A stretch of 64,000 nt of DNA from a virus, in IMG/VR virus record IMGVR_UViG_3300031720_000002, positions 2,667-66,666 of that record. The stretch is one strand, 5' to 3'. A program made the position numbers and the translations under genes. Position 1 is the stretch's first letter; the number at the start of each line of letters is the position of its first letter. Positions 60,561 through 64,000 of the stretch are shown piece after piece. The notes under the pieces were generated by a model. It made no database searches. It was not told where the DNA came from and saw only the letters and a program-made list of their open reading frames with translations.

Positions 60561-62405
60561 ATGACACCTGAGCAGCAGCAACGGTCGAAAGATTTACACG
60601 CGTCTGTCACCGCGAGAAAACGGGGACTTGACGACGTCAAGCTCCATCTCATCGATAGCGTCGACGAAGCGTTCAAGTTGATGGAGTGGCTCTCACGCAG
60701 TCGACGTGACGACGTCATCGGCATCGACATTGAGACGACGGGTTTGGACAAGGTGAACGATCGTGTTCGCCTCGTCCAGATCGGTGATGAGGACGAGGGT
60801 TGGGCCATCCCGTGGGAAGACTGGGGTGGTGTGGTTCGCGAGGTCGTTCGCAAGTATAAGGGCTACTACACGGGGCACAACTTTGTCAGCTTTGACTGGA
60901 CATTCCTTGACCGTGTTGGGGTACGCGTACCTCGCGATCGGCTTCACGACACTCGTCCTATGGCGCATATTCTCGAACCCAACATGTCCACCGCGCTCAA
61001 AGTTCTCGCGTCGCGGTACATCGACTCACGTGCCGCTGCGATGCAAGAGGATCTCGACCAAGCGATTGGTTCACGCGGTGGGTGGACGTGGGCGACAGTG
61101 CCCATCGAGTTCCAGCAGTACTGGACATATGGTGCGCTCGATCCGGTCATCAGCGTTCGTCTGTTCCACCACCACAGGGAAGCCATCGAGCGAGACGGAT
61201 CCTGGGCAGCGTACGAGCTGGAGCTCGCAGTCGCATGGGTGATCCGTCAGATGGAGATCAATGGCGCACACGTGGATCGCGCGTACGCGTCGTCGTTCTA
61301 TGACAAGTACCTCGCGTACTGCAAGACCGCGGCTGAGTGGGTGACTGCCCAGTACGGCATCTCGCCGGGTAGTGACCTCGCTGTCATCGACGTCCTCAAG
61401 ACGCAAGGCTTCGAGTTCTCAAAGCGCACGAAGGGTGGGCGTGAGTCACTGGACAAGGAAGTCCTCGCCAACATCGATCATCCACTCGCACAGACGATCC
61501 TCCAGCGTCGTCAGCTCCAGAAGATCTGCTCCACGTACCTCAAGCACATCATCGAGGAAGCTGACGCGGACGATCTTCTCCATCCATCGATCAACCCGCT
61601 CGGTGCTCGGACCAGTCGGATGTCGATGTCACAACCGAACCTCCAGAACCTCCCTCGGGCATCCGAAAACAACCCTGCGGCAACAACTGTGCGGAACTGC
61701 TACACCACTCGCTACGGAGGCGACGGTCGCATGCTCTTCTGCGACTTCGACCAGATCGAGATGCGTGGTCTGGCTCACATGTCGCAAGATCCTGGCCTTC
61801 GCGCTGCGTTCCTTGCGCCGGGTGACTTCTTCGTCAACCTAGCTCGTCAGGTATTCCGTGACGACACCATCCACAAGAAGCACCCGCTTCGTCAGCGAGT
61901 GAAGAACGTCGGCTACGCCAAGATCTACGGCGCAGGCACCGCGAAGATGGCTCTCACAGCAGGCATCCCATTCGAAGAGATGGACGTCTCAGTGAAGGCG
62001 TTCGATGCCGAGTACCGCTACGTGAAGATGTTCCAGCAGCGTGTGTATCGCACCGCGATGGAGCGGAAGCAAGAGTCTGGTGTAGGCTACGTTCGCTCAC
62101 CACTTACTGGGCGTCGCCACCCATCGGACGACGGCAAGGAATACGCACTCGTCAACTACCTTGTGCAGGGACTCGCCGCTGAGATGTTCAAGATGAAACT
62201 CGTTGAGCTGGAGAACGCCGGTCTTCTCCCGTACATGATCCTCCCGGTGCATGACGAGATCATCCTCGATGTGCCGAACGATCGCTACGACGACGCGGTC
62301 ACCACTCTCAAGGACATTATGAACGATCAGAAGCTACTGTCGATTCCGGTCACCGCGGGACTGGCCTATGGTGAGAGGTGGGGAGCGAAAGTTGACATCG
62401 ACTGA
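60561..62405 (+). CDS. polA: DNA polymerase family A (3'-5' exonuclease plus polymerase)
   Basis: DIETTG, HNFVSFD, PNLQNLP, DFDQIEMR, KNVGYAKIYG, VHDE. Confidence 0.96.
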   Translation: MTPEQQQRSKDLHASVTARKRGLDDVKLHLIDSVDEAFKLMEWLSRSRRDDVIGIDIETTGLDKVNDRVRLVQIGDEDEGWAIPWEDWGGVVREVVRKYKGYYTGHNFVSFDWTFLDRVGVRVPRDRLHDTRPMAHILEPNMSTALKVLASRYIDSRAAAMQEDLDQAIGSRGGWTWATVPIEFQQYWTYGALDPVISVRLFHHHREAIERDGSWAAYELELAVAWVIRQMEINGAHVDRAYASSFYDKYLAYCKTAAEWVTAQYGISPGSDLAVIDVLKTQGFEFSKRTKGGRESLDKEVLANIDHPLAQTILQRRQLQKICSTYLKHIIEEADADDLLHPSINPLGARTSRMSMSQPNLQNLPRASENNPAATTVRNCYTTRYGGDGRMLFCDFDQIEMRGLAHMSQDPGLRAAFLAPGDFFVNLARQVFRDDTIHKKHPLRQRVKNVGYAKIYGAGTAKMALTAGIPFEEMDVSVKAFDAEYRYVKMFQQRVYRTAMERKQESGVGYVRSPLTGRRHPSDDGKEYALVNYLVQGLAAEMFKMKLVELENAGLLPYMILPVHDEIILDVPNDRYDDAVTTLKDIMNDQKLLSIPVTAGLAYGERWGAKVDID

Positions 62406-62901
62406 GACTGAACCCGGCAATGCATTTCACGTGATCGCACTTGACACTGGTCTTGTGTCTGGCGTCTGCGCCATCACGGTTGCGACTGCGCCGTACATCA
62501 CAACGACCAGTGGCATCGCTGTGAGTCACTCATCCAGTGAACGTTCATGGATTCACGCGGTGGCATACGCAGAGCGTTGGGCGCGTTCTGCCGATCAGTA
62601 CAGTAATGTATCGATGTGTTGGGAGCGCTATGATCAGACTCCCGGGCGTCGCGTTCTCACTCCCCAGCCCGAAGCCATAAAGGCGAATGGGGCGCTCGAG
62701 TACATCTCCACACAATGCGGGGTAACCTTTCGGCAACAGTCTCGTGCCGATGCGAAGAAGGTTGTCACAGATAAGGTGCTCCGTCAGCTTGGTTGGTACA
62801 AGTCTACGAAGGACGGTCACGCGAACGACGCGTCACGTCAGGCTGGTTTTTTCCTGCATCAGAACCATCCTGAACTGTGGATGAAGTTACTCGGGAAATA
62901 G
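62392..62901 (+). CDS. RuvC-like resolvase/nuclease
   Basis: IALDTGLVSG, WERY, HANDASR. Confidence 0.7.
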   Translation: MTSTETEPGNAFHVIALDTGLVSGVCAITVATAPYITTTSGIAVSHSSSERSWIHAVAYAERWARSADQYSNVSMCWERYDQTPGRRVLTPQPEAIKANGALEYISTQCGVTFRQQSRADAKKVVTDKVLRQLGWYKSTKDGHANDASRQAGFFLHQNHPELWMKLLGK

Positions 62902-62944
62902 CGGTAGAATCAAGTTACGAACGACGAACGATAGAGGACGTAGG

Positions 62945-64000
62945 ATGCCACTAGCTGAGATTTCCACCGAGGGGCCATGGATCACCGTGGCCACCCAGTG
63001 GAACGAGAAAGAGCAGATCAAAGCGATCCCGGGTTCGACGTGGGCTGCGACTGCGAAGGAATGGCGCTTGCCGCTCACCTTCGTCGCATGCTCACAGCTC
63101 AAGGGACGCTTTCCCGATACACTCCGTGTGGGGCCTCAGCTCACGGCGTGGATTTGGGCAGAGTATGAACGAAGAGTGAAGCCAGCACTTGAGTGGCGTA
63201 CGCGCTTCGAGGGCAACATCGGCGACATCATCGATCCTCGTCTGTATGGCTTCCAGCGCGATGGTGTGAAGTGGCTCATTGCGACGGAGTCTGGACTTCT
63301 CGGTGACGAGATGGGTACGGGTAAGACAATCCAGATTCTCGCGGCAATGTCACGCCTCGAGAATGCGCTGCCAGCGCTGGTCATTGCGCCAAATTCCGTG
63401 AAGGCGAACTGGGCAAAGGAGGCAGCCACATGGTTGCCACAGGCCACTCCGTACGTGCTCACTGGGACAGCTACCGTCAAGGCCAAGTTGATCGCCGCCG
63501 CTGCGAAGGACCCAACTGCGCTTGTCATTACGAACTTCGAGTCGACCCATCGGCTCTCAAGACTCGCGGGATTTGGCTCAATCCGCCTACTCCGTTGCCG
63601 GGAGTGTGACCCGCAACATGGCGCGGAAGGGCTTCGTGCGTCGTCGTGCGAGGTGCATCCACGACCACTCAACGAGATTCCATTCAAGACAGTCATCGTG
63701 GATGAAGCACACCGGATCAAGGATCCGAAGGCAAAACAGACGAGAGCCACATGGGCGCTTTCGACAGGTCATTCTGTGGTACGCCGCTGGGCACTTACCG
63801 GCACGCCTCTGGCTAACGATCCGAGTGACCTATGGGCCATTGCGCACTTCTACGCGCCACAAGAGTTCCCGACGAAGTCTAAGTTCGTCGACCTCTATTG
63901 CCTCCTAGCGTGGAACGTGCACGGTGGACTCGACATCGTAGGTATCAACCCGGAAAATAAGGACGAGTTCTACAAGATCTTCGATCCGCGCTTCCGTCGC
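62945..64000 (+). CDS. SNF2-family helicase (3'-truncated; absent from the ORF track)
   Basis: Hand translation from ATG 62945: YGFQRDG, GDEMGTGKT, VIVDEAHRIK, ALTGTP. Confidence 0.92.
   Translation, partial: MPLAEISTEGPWITVATQWNEKEQIKAIPGSTWAATAKEWRLPLTFVACSQLKGRFPDTLRVGPQLTAWIWAEYERRVKPALEWRTRFEGNIGDIIDPRLYGFQRDGVKWLIATESGLLGDEMGTGKTIQILAAMSRLENALPALVIAPNSVKANWAKEAATWLPQATPYVLTGTATVKAKLIAAAAKDPTALVITNFESTHRLSRLAGFGSIRLLRCRECDPQHGAEGLRASSCEVHPRPLNEIPFKTVIVDEAHRIKDPKAKQTRATWALSTGHSVVRRWALTGTPLANDPSDLWAIAHFYAPQEFPTKSKFVDLYCLLAWNVHGGLDIVGINPENKDEFYKIFDPRFRR

Noticed and set aside
1-64000. Prophage/lysogeny module or flanking host DNA
   Set aside because: No integrase, parAB or host housekeeping genes are seen; the missing part of the genome could still hold them

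Overview
The window is most of the genome of a GC-rich tailed dsDNA phage (siphovirus-type) of an actinomycete host, judged from WhiB, leaderless TANNNT promoters and a head module resembling mycobacteriophage cluster B. The + strand arm (55663-64000, then 1-11396) carries dNMP kinase, a thymidylate-synthase homolog, dCMP deaminase, PolA, a RuvC-like protein and an SNF2 helicase cut by the window end. It also carries an SSB-like gene cut by the window start, a sugar/DNA-modification operon, the lysis cassette, DUF932 and WhiB. The - strand arm (11403-55515) carries primase-polymerase, a D5 helicase, terminases, about 8 kb of small genes behind repeated strong promoters, and the head and tail genes, ending in a 3-glycosyltransferase/2-methyltransferase cassette. 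No integrase or CRISPR array is visible. The best candidates for new biology are: (1) a split cytosine-hypermodification pathway (Asp-type TS homolog, kinase-UDG fusion, dimeric dNTPase, GT-B transferase, NDP-sugar epimerase, GT75 mutase-like enzyme, and a C5-MTase homolog with motif X GN->GK); (2) three tRNA-shaped RNAs with intact acceptor/D/T arms but aberrant anticodon arms; (3) a roughly 220-nt structured RNA candidate behind tRNA-Met; (4) virion-borne effector fusions (2H phosphoesterase-protease, MuF-ADP-ribosyltransferase). All calls come from reading motifs by eye; no database search or folding program was run.
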